A DNA stretch of 58,144 nt from Phycisphaerae bacterium (lineage in GTDB: Bacteria; Planctomycetota; Phycisphaerae; UBA1845): positions 1 to 58,144 of the forward strand of contig JANQHN010000321.1 of the NCBI GenBank assembly GCA_028282665.1, read 5' to 3'. This document shows positions 48,901 to 54,615 of the stretch, piece by piece. The notes beneath the pieces were generated by a model. It was not told where the DNA came from. It saw nothing but the letters and a program-made list of their open reading frames with translations, and searched no databases. Both the position numbers and the translations under genes were made by a program. The stretch's first letter is position 1; each line of letters begins with the position of its first letter.

Positions 48901-49398
48901 AGCCTGGCGATCCAAAACACGCTCATCAGTTCGTACCACAGTCACCTGCTTCAGTTTTTCTTCAAGGCGATGAAGATTGCGTTCTGCGTGCTCGAACCGG
49001 CTTTCCAACAACGGAATATCGCACTTGACGCCATAGCGCAAGGCGCCGGCGATTGGGCCATCACAATGGAAGCGCAGGCGCGACAGCAGATTTCCATCGG
49101 CTTCAACGATCTGCGCAAGGCGCTGATGGATGAAATGGAAGGGTTCGCGGAGGATATCCTGCCCCAACTTGAATGGGAAGTAACCATCGATATCGTGGAC
49201 AAAGGCCTGCAAGACCACATTGACGCGCTGGAAGCCGCTCACCAGGACATCACAGGCGCAGTCGACTTCGCCAGCGATATGGTCGACTTCCTCAATAAAA
49301 TGATGGAAATGTGGAACGCACCAAGCGAGGCGTGTGCAGTGTCCATCTTCCTGGAAGCGTACGGCGTATCAATTCTAGAGAAGGTCGGCGTGCTGTAA
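33910..49398 (+). CDS. giant (5162 aa) Sec-anchored teneurin-like surface protein: PKD/lectin modules, toroid domain, 15 cadherin-like repeats, Ig-like domains, RHS/YD shell, unknown C-terminal domain
   Basis: Uninterrupted ORF. I prefer ATG 33910 (GGAGG 6 nt upstream), which gives the signal/anchor MTNRVIWAVGVPMVFAFLGILST. The ORF is open from 33808. Domains were read directly from the translation; see sub-features. Confidence 0.9.
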   Translation: MTNRVIWAVGVPMVFAFLGILSTQINVFDFEQTANAQLAPGASNEIGDPPSTPSHSPTQSEEVKEPTEPAHNQNTDNFAPRALPVADASGPYVCLPENRDDAGWTFTFDGSGSSADGFIENWLWEFPVQTFDGHWLNTYEWITLSAYNDDALHLRGTNAWSSAYAVTREKIVRQEGASFRARVTYHGTDTVWGFKNTTNIYHHNAFDYGIYLHSDGNLYVYENGANRGLRGNFTIGEPIDLRVDLKQDGGAIYYAKYPEEDWEGHIIYDSTHSTLNLLRAGATVHNGLLMIDDVQLFLGGETVSHKVYEPGTVTLTVTDDIGQKASDIAEIVVENPELTPDAGGPYMGTEATQVDAGWIFDFDASATLTPFEIIETHWDLGYDTFPGQWLNPYKWNSAGVYANDGAILNGPNNWNHTHLVRQDAIPRTTGAFVEIRATLNNTYAVFGLKADTTIYHYNQYHYCIMSSTDNQIYIYEGGTHRATPASYIPGEVYDLRIEVKQDRGARYFMKLASEEEWATIYDSPHDNAMSFHPAVTVHTGQYVIHSWQESFWGSPANYKIYAETAGMLTVTDSNRQSASVPFDVEVDPPTPTADAGGPYAISEADFDTVVNGYLVDLDATNSTGGHEIVRYEWDFGPDTFDGMFFDFGAYYGSGAWQSDGAYIAGVNGWNNRYLFSKHPVERAGGAYVEASIVSDGGHAMWGLKTNNTNFHYNQLAYAFYFVSGGQVHIYENGTSRGYFADITPGETYQVAIVLKNVSGASYYLKHADDTDWTLVYDSAHSSVSGLLPGVTVNSGVFNIASLSQTYYGPTTQHRISEPTSVTLNVADILNQTSTETVAIDIVGSGPIADSGGPLMLSEAELLGSGYASLALDASGSSDDFEIAKYQWDLGTLTFDGQLHSQVWLFAGANVSGGELQLTGTGGWGGHHFFSRVPAVRADGTIFECKVRPGNGVAMFGFKNTSTNYSYTQLPYAIYFNNSTAYIYEDGASRGAVTGYDPAGEYELRIELKPTQGARYFLRPVGGQWRMLYNSNHSAATNLLRGVTMLSGTMYFDDFRHLYGSPTQEHRITGEISGSLTVWDRAGRTDSDPYEVIITGGEPVADAGGPYTSPMTSYAIFDALNSFDDIGIQTYLWNFGDGTAGFGGQAYHRYDQPGIYDVTLTVFDAAGHSDTATTTVEVIPAVVCVPWDYDNTSGLEVPHNTWSGRDATLKARVFTDTPADQLTYTWIFGDGSPAEMGNVTNKRSIETTHTYEGAAGAVFVASLTIHDPVYGDLTDTYPIQIHQRDLTIEVNVSIDRGIWWLHKEQADNGTWNQSGYFAGATASAVHAMEINGHLPTRSVLLDPLVDDVIRGLEATLTRLNAVPITVQPAGDPDTNANGIGIQVNSNRPIYEGGMVMDALAATGAPDMAANNGGNFINGRAFRDILYDMGDMYAWGQVDSGNARGGWRYSWNSGSDNSAAQWAAIGFEGARSAFGLVWPDWVRTENDIWLSYSYDGTGFGYAGPGNGEATTPSGMVQLAYDGFTRNDSRWQTSEAWIANNWEWWKARNNTYAYYAFAKAMRLALPEPIAELSPTGLDWYNDDAGLVRRILDLQSADGGWPNPVNWIHRQMTTAWHVIILTPTLFTRPPVAVAGDDIVWAFDLALDFDGSASYHTDPVRVLVEYEWDFDGDGTYDYIGSDPVATYTFVYDDNINYPITYEARLRVTDDIGQTDTDTRGVTIAEPPHPPIANIGGPYEARTNLPFTIDPSGSVDIDPTDYITKLQFDFDGSNGYDFDQPDLEIECSEPAPGEPQTGGCTAVTWTYNTSGTYNIGMRVWDNGVLNAPDDEPLPSNPNFTTVTVSVNQAPIADAGGPYEGDECSPIQLDGSGSHDPDQDGLTFAWDLNDDGVYDDSTDPAPNYTWNADGVYTAWLIVSDGALDSEPAQAEVIVFDGAPSISVGGPTNLDIDAIGQFFATVSSECDAVALIEWDWDYDGIAFNASGDIGENASHSYTAQGTYTVAARVIDIDDSTAMATHVVVVGPPEGPRIPADNKITYTIGRRDYDPVNQIHRAEFTLISEHDEPMYGPIGLAFADVYPSTVELITVAGYVPHPDNETELIPYADFTPLLTDNVLLPDETVGPMWIAFSDPDNVSFTFEAIGFLFNTAPRFTSTPILTGSEGTRYRYDANAVDDDEDAFDYSLEEGPAGMTINPTTGLVDWIPDQQSSGVHDVTIVANDGRTGGAVYQTYQLTIDAVNVSPIITSVPITAASAVDGYTYQIQAYDPDSDPIDYDLLVAPAEMIVDADGLVDWPTPSVGYHQVKVVVFDDHDNEASQEFTLNVSACNQPSFTTTPITAATEGEFYTYQVAVDGPNPPYVFDLPIAPQGMTIVAANGQIEWTPSYTQAGGHVVKVLAKENGNNPCSAEQIFQVIVAGVNAAPQITSVPPVDITEGEAYVYNVEANDPDEEEVTFTLVEGPEGMSILPSVGRVSWFVPQTAAMDCNHPCHVHIRACDPALECDEQLFTLNITEVNVAPQFTGLPLFSAAEEELYTFTPIVEDPDDDALSFELLDGPVGMTIDPLNGTVEWTPNQTDASRNPHFTQIKATDEWDAFDVLTYQIMVQSVNVAPTINSSAPTTATEGVLYNYPVQANDIDEDELRFRLLESPSGMSVHPNNGLITWVPSQVAAMANPHTVTVEVYDPDNDMDQQTFAITVAEVNVAPEFFSTPVVQGVAGFAYEYDVEAFDPDQDTIEFGLDQFPDGMTINANTGLIAWNPGPPNVGLHDIIVTADDLQGHVSTQSYTLEILECGTAPEFISNPITRAEVDELYQYQVVVEADAPVLFSLGNAPASMTIDENTGLVQWTPTTDDEGTYNVRIIAASNEGCEAYQEFTLEAKLCVLTVEYLFGEGENAEPDAGRFWTATPTVDATCGPLEFMLLQNPSTMSINPNTGVLSWVPASGDWDIIVYVVDDWGNTLQINVPLTVAPQHSPQITSTPTFTAAVDALYTYDVEANDPDDDPIEFSLDEAPAGMTIDADTGMIEWTPTIGHIGVHNVRVRASDDRGAWAAQIYTLMVSQFGDNVSPQIVTTPTYSSAVDDEYTYDVDATDGDQDTVQFGLDEAPAGMTIDAASGVITWTPTVEQIGVHSVTVRATDGRGGWATQTYSVTVSLFGDNLAPSILSTPNFSAAVGALYVYAVEAEDPDVDDELTFLLLPHESVAPPAGMAINEETGWIEWLPAEEDLGTYTIHVRVEDGRGGWASQVYSLTASLDGTNTPPRITSTPDYSAAANTLYTYDVNATDDEDDALAFDLADAPQTMTIDGNNGLIEWTPASDDTGVHDVHVQVTDGRGGWAEQVYTLTVSIDGTNVAPRFTSTPLTAVLVNTAYSYDANAVDDNEGDVTTYSLDNAPPTMSIDENSGLVTWTPGEDDFGSHAVTIRAIDNELAYATQEYELLVKANTTPVFESQPLVTAVVDYQYDYPAYATDVDNHAITYQLVPAEVGDPVVEHPVPEGMTVVQPTTATGPGHVLWTPTMDQAGEHYVSILAADGNGGEVTQTYLVTVYEDDSIDFRAPDVDITIEPAFVSPGGSVTITVFADDDTGLSTVMATLDGENLPLTMDSATTWVATANAPQPGRYDITATATDAFNKSRTDNAYFMAIDDTDDAPPIVEILTPEDDVETAEPISIVGTVMDDQLVAWTLSYAPAHTDDFVEFDSGSTSVDDAEIGVFDVSMVPNGLYEVKLTAMDEGGWEISTSVRVLVESDAQVGNFTMTFPDLNVPTVGIPVNVMRRYDSRIKRKGDFGIGWDLEIASAEVIENDDMHEGWETGSGGGWLPTYYIAPDRLHSVTIDLGDGRTDTFDMQLDPMQMLIYSYWDVNVTWRRRGQGLSKLTSNPSSGLAMTGAPLLNWEFDDWAATSFTYTDHNGVEYTFAGDENRKQVVQIKDTNGNTVSITENGIFHSTGPSVVFERDNQKRITKITDPAGGEILYAYDDRGDLISVTDQEGHTTWYDYNRSHGLYEIEDPTGNTPVRNEYDDDNRLIATVDGDGNRIEFNHDIDNQQELVYDRLGNLSIYYYDDDGNVTQITDPGNHDTTYTFDEHGNLLTKVDYLGNVTENTYTDDGQIESRRQFYQQSPTVFTYDADGRMLTQALPNGLVKTRAYEGEDRLPITVSDNMGRSTTYTRKPDGQQDSKTVLLTEGASATWIYEYDEQGRMTAEIGPLGNRTEYVYNELGQRTGMKKWRTNPEGETELLEWTFEYDALGQLVTETNPMGYTRSYTYDAVGNRATVTNWRGFTTSYEYNGRGDRIAKHYPDDSSEFFEYDAEQNRTAVINRGGHRTDYEYNYSNKLVKTLHEDGSYSDVAYDGLGRMTSQRDENGSVTTYEYITDAANGIHRQIVTDPFDKVTVYDFDDMNRRTQTTDANEHVTEFEYDLAGRHIKTTFHDGTFVSYEYDWGDRKIAEVDQAGRRTEFEYDLLDRLVKVTNAADEVTLYEYDELGNLRSSTDAEGRTTEYEYDKLGRMLKRILPNGLFESMTYDENGNLLTHTDFEGRTATSAYDNMDRRTSRSYEDGTSEVFTYASCCNSIETVTDQHGLTTYTYDDRSRLESVTCPSGESLEYGYDSSNNRTSITSSLGTTGYTYDALNRVETVTDSQGLVTTYVYNDVGNLASVHHANGTIITYMYDDLNRLVHVSHTLDDTGDLLAGFEYTLEAAGNRTQVVEFDANGVVRTVNYDYDDVYRLTREEMTPAIGDTVVMEYLYDSVGNRLFKNVAAGSIFESTAYTYDVNDRLMQEVRDTFDGGNPSDSETIIYGYDLIGHLTSKSNGTWADTYTYNQAGRLVNAHVESGGSTEDIAYTYNYRGIRTSKTIGGVTTEYVVDHNRRHAQVLAEITPSGSTGYVHGLDLISMKLPGGAKRFYHGDGQLSTRLLTDGAGAVTDTYIYDAFGNTLASTGNTPNRYKYTGEQYDPNLGYYYLRQRYLDTGTGRFVAADKFPADRFDPKTLHRYLYVQSNPVNMVDPSGEFGSLVEVNVSLAIQNTLISSYHSHLLQFFFKAMKIAFCVLEPAFQQRNIALDAIAQGAGDWAITMEAQARQQISIGFNDLRKALMDEMEGFAEDILPQLEWEVTIDIVDKGLQDHIDALEAAHQDITGAVDFASDMVDFLNKMMEMWNAPSEACAVSIFLEAYGVSILEKVGVL
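34165..37194 (+). repeat. four tandem ~250-aa modules: PKD domain with an inserted ~170-aa lectin/LamG-like jelly-roll
   Basis: Each module starts DAGGPY...LDASGS...Y(E/Q)WD(F/L)G. It continues TFDGxW...WG(F/L)KNT.N.(Y/F)HYN...IY.YENG..RG...GE.Y.L.I.LK...GA.Y. It ends with the PKD C-terminal half (H.I..P..V.LTV.D..G). Confidence 0.7.
40330..44523 (+). repeat. 15 tandem ~93-aa cadherin-like (dystroglycan-type/He_PIG-like) Ig repeats
   Basis: The recurrent pattern is N(V/T)AP.(F/I)TSTP...A..G..Y.Y.V.A.D.D.D...F.L...P.GMTID...G.I.WTP.....G.H.V.V...D..G....Q.Y.LTV. I counted 15 times by eye. Confidence 0.8.
45121..48876 (+). other. RHS/YD-repeat shell region
   Basis: It starts with the plug-like GNFTMTFPDLNVPTVGIPVNVMRRYDSR..GDFGIGW. 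It has dozens of YD repeats (Y.YD..GNL....D..G..T.Y.YD). The core end is YTGEQYDPNLGYYYLRQRYLDTGTGRFVAADKF...LHRYLYVQSNPVNMVDPSGEF. Confidence 0.85.
48877..49398 (+). other. C-terminal ~173-aa domain downstream of the RHS DPxG motif (putative cargo/toxin, unrecognised)
   Basis: GSLVEVNVSLAIQNTLISSYHSHLLQFFFKAMKIAFCVLEPAF...EACAVSIFLEAYGVSILEKVGVL looks all-helical with hydrophobic termini. No nuclease, deaminase or ADP-ribosyltransferase motif recognised. Confidence 0.5.
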
Positions 49399-49618
49399 CG
49401 GCGGAATAAAAAGGATAGGATATTTATCGGTCAACATAGTCCGTTTTTTTCAAAAAGAGATTCTTGGTCAGCAATGCCGACCCCTGCTACAATGATTCTG
49501 GGTTGGGCGATTCAGACGCTTTGTGTACGGACCGATGCATTCCAATCACAACGAAACGAGAGGAATTTTGATCGACATTGACCCGCGCGTGGTGCGCGGG
49601 AATGGTGGAGGAAGAATC

Positions 49619-50296
49619 ATGAGCGAGAAAAAGACATTCGTGCTAGCGGGGATAGTAGCCCTTATGGCGACGGGCTTCGCACGCGCAGATTTGTCAAACG
49701 TAGGATTTGAAACCGGTGATTTGACTGACTGGTCGGTCAATCCCGGCGGGATTGTCAGTATTCAAAATGACGCAACGGGGCATTTCGCGGTCTTGTCCGA
49801 GGCCCAGCCATTCGAAGAGGCGACGAGTTCGCTGTTTCAAGACTTTGTGATTACTTCGCAACTCACTTCGATTTCGTTCGAATACCGCATGGATTCGATC
49901 GGCAATTATTTCGACGAAAACGCGTTCCCCGATGCGTTCACCGCGCGTTTGATCACTCCGGATACCCATTTTCCGATTCTGCACACGCCCGGTGTGAGTG
50001 ATCTTTTCTACCATGATAACAGCGAAGCCACACCGTTTGTCGACTTCGATTCGAATTTCGTTTCGGTCAGTCCCGCCGCACAGCGGACGAACTGGACCAC
50101 CGTTACAATCGATCTGACCAGCATCCCGAATCCCACAAACGCGCGGATTCAATTCGATCTGTTGGGCACGGGCATGATCGACGGCCAAACGAGCGTAGTG
50201 GGCATCGACAACATCACGGCCGTCGTGATTCCCGCCCCGTCGGCCGTGTTGCTGGGTGCGATTGGATTGGGAATCGTACGACGCTTCCACAGCTAA
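49619..50296 (+). CDS. PEP-CTERM sorting-domain protein
   Basis: 225 aa from ATG 49619, with GGTGGAGGAAG upstream. Has the signal peptide KKTFVLAGIVALMATGFARA, the jelly-roll start motif NVGFETGDLTDWS, and the C-terminal VIPAPSAVLLGAIGLGIVRRF (PEP-like motif, TM and basic tail). Confidence 0.8.
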   Translation: MSEKKTFVLAGIVALMATGFARADLSNVGFETGDLTDWSVNPGGIVSIQNDATGHFAVLSEAQPFEEATSSLFQDFVITSQLTSISFEYRMDSIGNYFDENAFPDAFTARLITPDTHFPILHTPGVSDLFYHDNSEATPFVDFDSNFVSVSPAAQRTNWTTVTIDLTSIPNPTNARIQFDLLGTGMIDGQTSVVGIDNITAVVIPAPSAVLLGAIGLGIVRRFHS

Positions 50297-50714
50297 TGCA
50301 GCGTCTTTGCTGCAGGCAAATCATCCATTTCCTGGAGGATACCGTCGCTCTGACTGCACCCGCCGTTATAGCTTAACGCGTTGTCGGCAGGCTTTTGGGG
50401 CACCGCATCCTCGGTCGATGCAGGGCTGCATGCCGCTCTTGTGACGACGCGCGACACGGGCATCAAGGGCGCCCGTCCCGCCGTACTAACAAAGAAACCC
50501 TTCTCAAAGACCGGCGAGACGATGCCTCTTCCATTTTCGCTTCTTCACCAACGACCAATCCTTTTCTCACACGACAGGACGTGACACGACTCGATTTCTC
50601 CTCAACAATGAGTAAGACGATAAACGACCCGACTCGTACGTACACAACCAAACGCGCAAACGGAAGTTCGTGACAAAGGCGCATAGTCACTAATCCGGGG
50701 AGGTAAAATCGCAC

Positions 50715-51746
50715 ATGTTGTCGCTCGTGCTATTCGCGGCGCTCGCCTTAGGGGTGTCGTTTTTGTGCTCTCTTCTGGAAGCGAGCCTGCTGAGCATGCC
50801 GCGCAGTCACGTCGAGTTGCTGGTTCGTCACGGATCACCGGCAGGACTCGCCATGAAACACCTCAAAGATAATATCGACCGCCCGCTCGCGGCGATTCTA
50901 ACCCTCAATACGATCGCGCATACCGTGGGAGCAGCCGGAGTCGGCGCCCAGGCGGCGGTCCTCTTCGGCGATGCGGCCGTGGGTATCGCTAGCGGTGTGA
51001 TGACCTTTGCCATTCTCGTCTTCAGTGAAATCATTCCCAAGACACTCGGAGCTGTACACACCAAATCACTCACCGGTTTCACTGCAAACTTGACGCGCGG
51101 AATGATCGCACTTTGCTACCCGATTATCTTAGTATTGGAATGGACCAACCGCCTCCTTGCGTTCGAGCGACACGGTACGCGAATGACGCGCATGGAATTG
51201 CTCGCGACGATCCGATTGGGGCAAGAAGCGGGCTCGCTGGCGGACCGGGAATACCGCATCATCGCCAATCTCATGGGCCTGTCCGAAACGCGCATATCGG
51301 ACATCCTCACTCCACGTACCGTCATGTTCGCACTCCCCGCTCAGCAAACCATTCGAGAAGCCCTTTCCGAACATATCTCGCTGCACTTCGCCCGCATTCC
51401 ACTCTTTAAGGATTCGCCCGACGAAATCGTCGGGTACGTCCCCCGCCATGAAATTCACCGGGCCGCCGTGGAAGGAGTGGATCATCAACCACTATCATCC
51501 TTGGCCAAACCGATCTTTGCCCTACCCGAACAGGCAACTGTCTCCGCCGCTCTCGAACAATTCCTCGCCGAAAGTGAACACCTCGCAATCGTGGTAGATG
51601 AGTTCGGTGGTGTTGAAGGACTGGTGACGCTGGAAGATGTCATCGAAACGCTGCTCGGCCAGCAAATCGTAGACGAAACCGACCCCGTACCCGACATGCG
51701 GGCAGAGGCAAAGCGCCGAGCCGAGGACAAACGAAAACCGCACTAG
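50715..51746 (+). CDS. CNNM/CorC-family transporter (DUF21 TM domain plus CBS pair)
   Basis: 343 aa with an N-terminal DUF21 pattern (FLCSLLEASLLSM...LLTLNTIAHTVGAAG..., EIIPKTLG) and a CBS pair (ISDILTPRTVMFAL...VGYV; HLAIVVDEFGGVEGLVTLEDVIETLLG). Confidence 0.85.
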   Translation: MLSLVLFAALALGVSFLCSLLEASLLSMPRSHVELLVRHGSPAGLAMKHLKDNIDRPLAAILTLNTIAHTVGAAGVGAQAAVLFGDAAVGIASGVMTFAILVFSEIIPKTLGAVHTKSLTGFTANLTRGMIALCYPIILVLEWTNRLLAFERHGTRMTRMELLATIRLGQEAGSLADREYRIIANLMGLSETRISDILTPRTVMFALPAQQTIREALSEHISLHFARIPLFKDSPDEIVGYVPRHEIHRAAVEGVDHQPLSSLAKPIFALPEQATVSAALEQFLAESEHLAIVVDEFGGVEGLVTLEDVIETLLGQQIVDETDPVPDMRAEAKRRAEDKRKPH

Positions 51747-53200
51747 GAAACACGCCGCGACGTTTCCCGCATCCACGACCACAACTCGCATGCGAGTAGC
51801 CCGAGCATGACCAACATGACGGGCATCACGATATAGGAATTATGACTCCACTCCCCGGTACTCAATTCGGTGTACTTCGCTTCGTGCCATACCACCGCCA
51901 GACCAACACATGCAATCCATGTCAACCCTCTTCGATAGGCCAATCCCGGCACGAGCCAGACCAGGTACCAGGGAAATACCGCCGGCGAAAACAAAATGCC
52001 CATTCCCAACGCCAGTTGCACCTCACGCCAGCGCGGCGTGCGCGATCGCGAAGCAACGTAACAAGCCAGCAAAAAACAACAAACCATCACTAAACCAACC
52101 AACGCCCACCAAGGTCCAGGCCAAATGTACTCAATGACAGCAAACGGACTCCCCGTACGCCAACGCGATAAGTACCGTGTCGCCACAACCTGCAATCCGC
52201 CGAGTCCCCCCCGATAGGGCACGAAAAGCGCAACCGGCAGGGCGATTGAAATCAGTACGTAGGCGAATTTGCGGTAAGGACTGTGCAGATGCTTCAACAG
52301 CAGCGGTAAGACCAGCACAGGCCAATAGTATTTCACCCCGATCGAACAACCCAACGCCAAAGCTGACGCCCACCAAAGCCGTCCCTGCAAACACCACGCT
52401 ATCACAAGAAAACCTACGCCGAGCAGATCGAGATGACCTGCTTCATACGTTTCAAACACCAACAGGGGACACCACAAGTATGCAAGCAACATAAACGTAA
52501 AATGACCGCTGTTTTCGGTTTGTATGGTAGCTTCATCAGCGCTTAAAACAGGTTCTTCTTCACGAAGGCTTACTTCGCACGAAATTGTCCCACATACCTT
52601 GGTGACGACTGAATCTGTACGCCCCCACAGCAGCATGACCATCACGACCAGGGCTTCGAACGAAAGCAACAATACTTTCCACGCAATGACCGATTGCGGC
52701 GCAACGGTACCTGCCAGCGCGAACGCACCCTGTGCGACCGGACCGTAGATCGTCGCGGAGTATTGATGGTTCATCCGCGAGAACGCAATCGGATATTGTT
52801 CGCGAAGCGGCTCAAGTAGAGGGTCGATCGGCGTAATAGAGAAAGGGTTGTATCCATGCAATTGGACAAGCCCTTCCCACAAGTAACGATAGATGTCGTC
52901 CGAGCTTGTGGGAGTCGCGGGAATGAGCAGCACACGCGCGACAAAGGCAACCACGATCACCCATAACCAATCATTTGGCCTTGGTCGAACGCGAGACATC
53001 ACGTACATCGCGCCGAGATAGACGAAAAACGCCAACGTACTTGCAACCATGATCGCTGCGACTCGTTGCGATCCGGCAGAGGTGAGATAGAGGCTTGCGA
53101 TCGCAAGAAGGTACGAAACACCAAACGCCCAAAAGATCCGGCACCGGCCGCACCCTTCTTCGAACGATTCGCGATCGTTATTCGATTCGCGTGAATCCAT
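51743..53200 (-). CDS. GT-C fold polytopic membrane glycosyltransferase (DUF2029/GT87-like)
   Basis: 485 aa with more than 10 hydrophobic helices. The first-loop motif is SSDDIYRYLWEGLVQLHGYNPF. It overlaps the stop of the upstream GT gene by 23 nt. Confidence 0.65.
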   Translation of the reverse strand: MDSRESNNDRESFEEGCGRCRIFWAFGVSYLLAIASLYLTSAGSQRVAAIMVASTLAFFVYLGAMYVMSRVRPRPNDWLWVIVVAFVARVLLIPATPTSSDDIYRYLWEGLVQLHGYNPFSITPIDPLLEPLREQYPIAFSRMNHQYSATIYGPVAQGAFALAGTVAPQSVIAWKVLLLSFEALVVMVMLLWGRTDSVVTKVCGTISCEVSLREEEPVLSADEATIQTENSGHFTFMLLAYLWCPLLVFETYEAGHLDLLGVGFLVIAWCLQGRLWWASALALGCSIGVKYYWPVLVLPLLLKHLHSPYRKFAYVLISIALPVALFVPYRGGLGGLQVVATRYLSRWRTGSPFAVIEYIWPGPWWALVGLVMVCCFLLACYVASRSRTPRWREVQLALGMGILFSPAVFPWYLVWLVPGLAYRRGLTWIACVGLAVVWHEAKYTELSTGEWSHNSYIVMPVMLVMLGLLACELWSWMRETSRRVS

Positions 53201-54605
53201 AGCGTAGAATCGTCGCGATGATCACATAACCCGCCTGGAGTGAGCCGATCAGGTTACCGCTCACCTTTGAACGTCCGGTCCGTCGACAACGGTAGGGTAC
53301 GGGCACTTCGCGGAATCGCAATCCCATCCGAGCCGCCTTGATCTGCGACTCGACGGTCCAACCAAAGTTGCGATCACGCATCCCCATCTGCTCAAACGCC
53401 TCGCGATCGAACGCGCGGTATGGCCCCAGGTCGGTGTAGCGTACACGATAGATCAAACGCATTAGAAAACAGGCAAGCCAATTACCGAATCGCTGCTGCG
53501 GTGCAAGCGAACCCCGTTCCGCCTCACCCATCGTACGCGAACCGATCACCATGTCGTACTCACCGCACAAAATCGGATCGACAAGCTCACCGAGCACCGT
53601 AGGATCATCACTGTTGTCGGCGTCGATAAACGCAATCACGCTTACACTAGGGGCGATCTGTTCGACGGCAGCCAAACAGGCAGCGCCATACCCCCGCTCT
53701 CGTTCAAAAACGACTTCCGCCCCAGCTCTCCGTGCAACGCTAGCAGTGCCGTCAATGCTGCCGTTATCTCCAACGATAACCTGAAGTTCGTATTTCGCGG
53801 GCAATGAGCGAATCACCTCGCCGATACTCGCTTCCTCGTTGAGCGCCGGAATGATGACAGCCACACGCGGATCAGTGCTCCCCTCGCCCGCAGTTAACCC
53901 GAGCGTCGCGAGGACTTCCATCGTCAAGTCATCGACCGTGTCAATATCATTCAGCACCGTAACGGTCGAAAACGTGACTCCCAAATCCTCACATCGGGCA
54001 ATGGTCTGCTGGCAAACCCTGTCCGTTCCCCATTCGATTCCACTAAATAACGAGGACAGTGGTACCGTCGTGCCAACAAGGTAATATCCGCCGTCGCGCG
54101 ACGGACCGAGAACGACATGGTCTGTGCCCTCGCCCCTTCCTCGCAATTCGTCAAAGGACCGCTCAATCTGTTCGAATGACAACTCCGGAACGTCGCAACC
54201 CACCAACACCACACGCTTGGCGCCGCGCTGGTGGGCAAGTTCCATTGCGTTTGACATGCGCCGTCCCAAATCTTCGCCACGTTGAGGAATGATCAACGGT
54301 GCGGGCGCTTTGTCCTCAGCCCGCATCAGTTCACACAATCCTCTAACAGCTTCCATGCACGATGCCTGCTCGACCGCCACGATCAAATTGCGGTGTGCGC
54401 GGGTAGCTTCGAGAGTGGTTTTTAACGTCTTATCAAACAGGGCCTGGTAAATCTCGTGTGCGCGATCAACCCCGACATCCGCGATGAGCCTGCGCTTGCA
54501 TTGACCCTTTTTAGGATAACGGGCAAAGAGGATCAGACATTCGTCTGCATAAGATCCGCTATTACGTGGCGCAGGTTCTTGGGAATCGACATCCGCAAAG
54601 TGCAT
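53178..54605 (-). CDS. fusion of a DUF2064 (TIGR04282-like) domain and a GT2 (TIGR04283-like) glycosyltransferase
   Basis: 475 aa. The N-terminal half has LILFARYPKKGQCKRRL...VVLVGCDVPEL...GPSRDGGYYLVG (DUF2064 pattern). The C-terminal half has VAVIIPALNEEASIGEV...VIVGDNGSIDGT...GYGAAC..FIDADNSD (GT-A fold). Confidence 0.8.
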   Translation of the reverse strand: MHFADVDSQEPAPRNSGSYADECLILFARYPKKGQCKRRLIADVGVDRAHEIYQALFDKTLKTTLEATRAHRNLIVAVEQASCMEAVRGLCELMRAEDKAPAPLIIPQRGEDLGRRMSNAMELAHQRGAKRVVLVGCDVPELSFEQIERSFDELRGRGEGTDHVVLGPSRDGGYYLVGTTVPLSSLFSGIEWGTDRVCQQTIARCEDLGVTFSTVTVLNDIDTVDDLTMEVLATLGLTAGEGSTDPRVAVIIPALNEEASIGEVIRSLPAKYELQVIVGDNGSIDGTASVARRAGAEVVFERERGYGAACLAAVEQIAPSVSVIAFIDADNSDDPTVLGELVDPILCGEYDMVIGSRTMGEAERGSLAPQQRFGNWLACFLMRLIYRVRYTDLGPYRAFDREAFEQMGMRDRNFGWTVESQIKAARMGLRFREVPVPYRCRRTGRSKVSGNLIGSLQAGYVIIATILRYGFTRIE

Positions 54606-54615
54606 GACTGAATCG

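Noticed and set aside
50297-50714. A 418-nt spacer upstream of the CNNM/CorC-type transporter, considered as a Mg-sensing (M-box) or other riboswitch.
   Set aside because: I could not recognise the M-box conserved core or any other riboswitch signature by eye; only short 5-7 bp hairpins are present. An Rfam/Infernal scan is needed before any claim.
51743-51746. Convergent genes whose stop codons share the palindrome CTAG.
   Set aside because: It is real in the sequence but trivially explained by a compact genome. No hairpin or functional element is implied.
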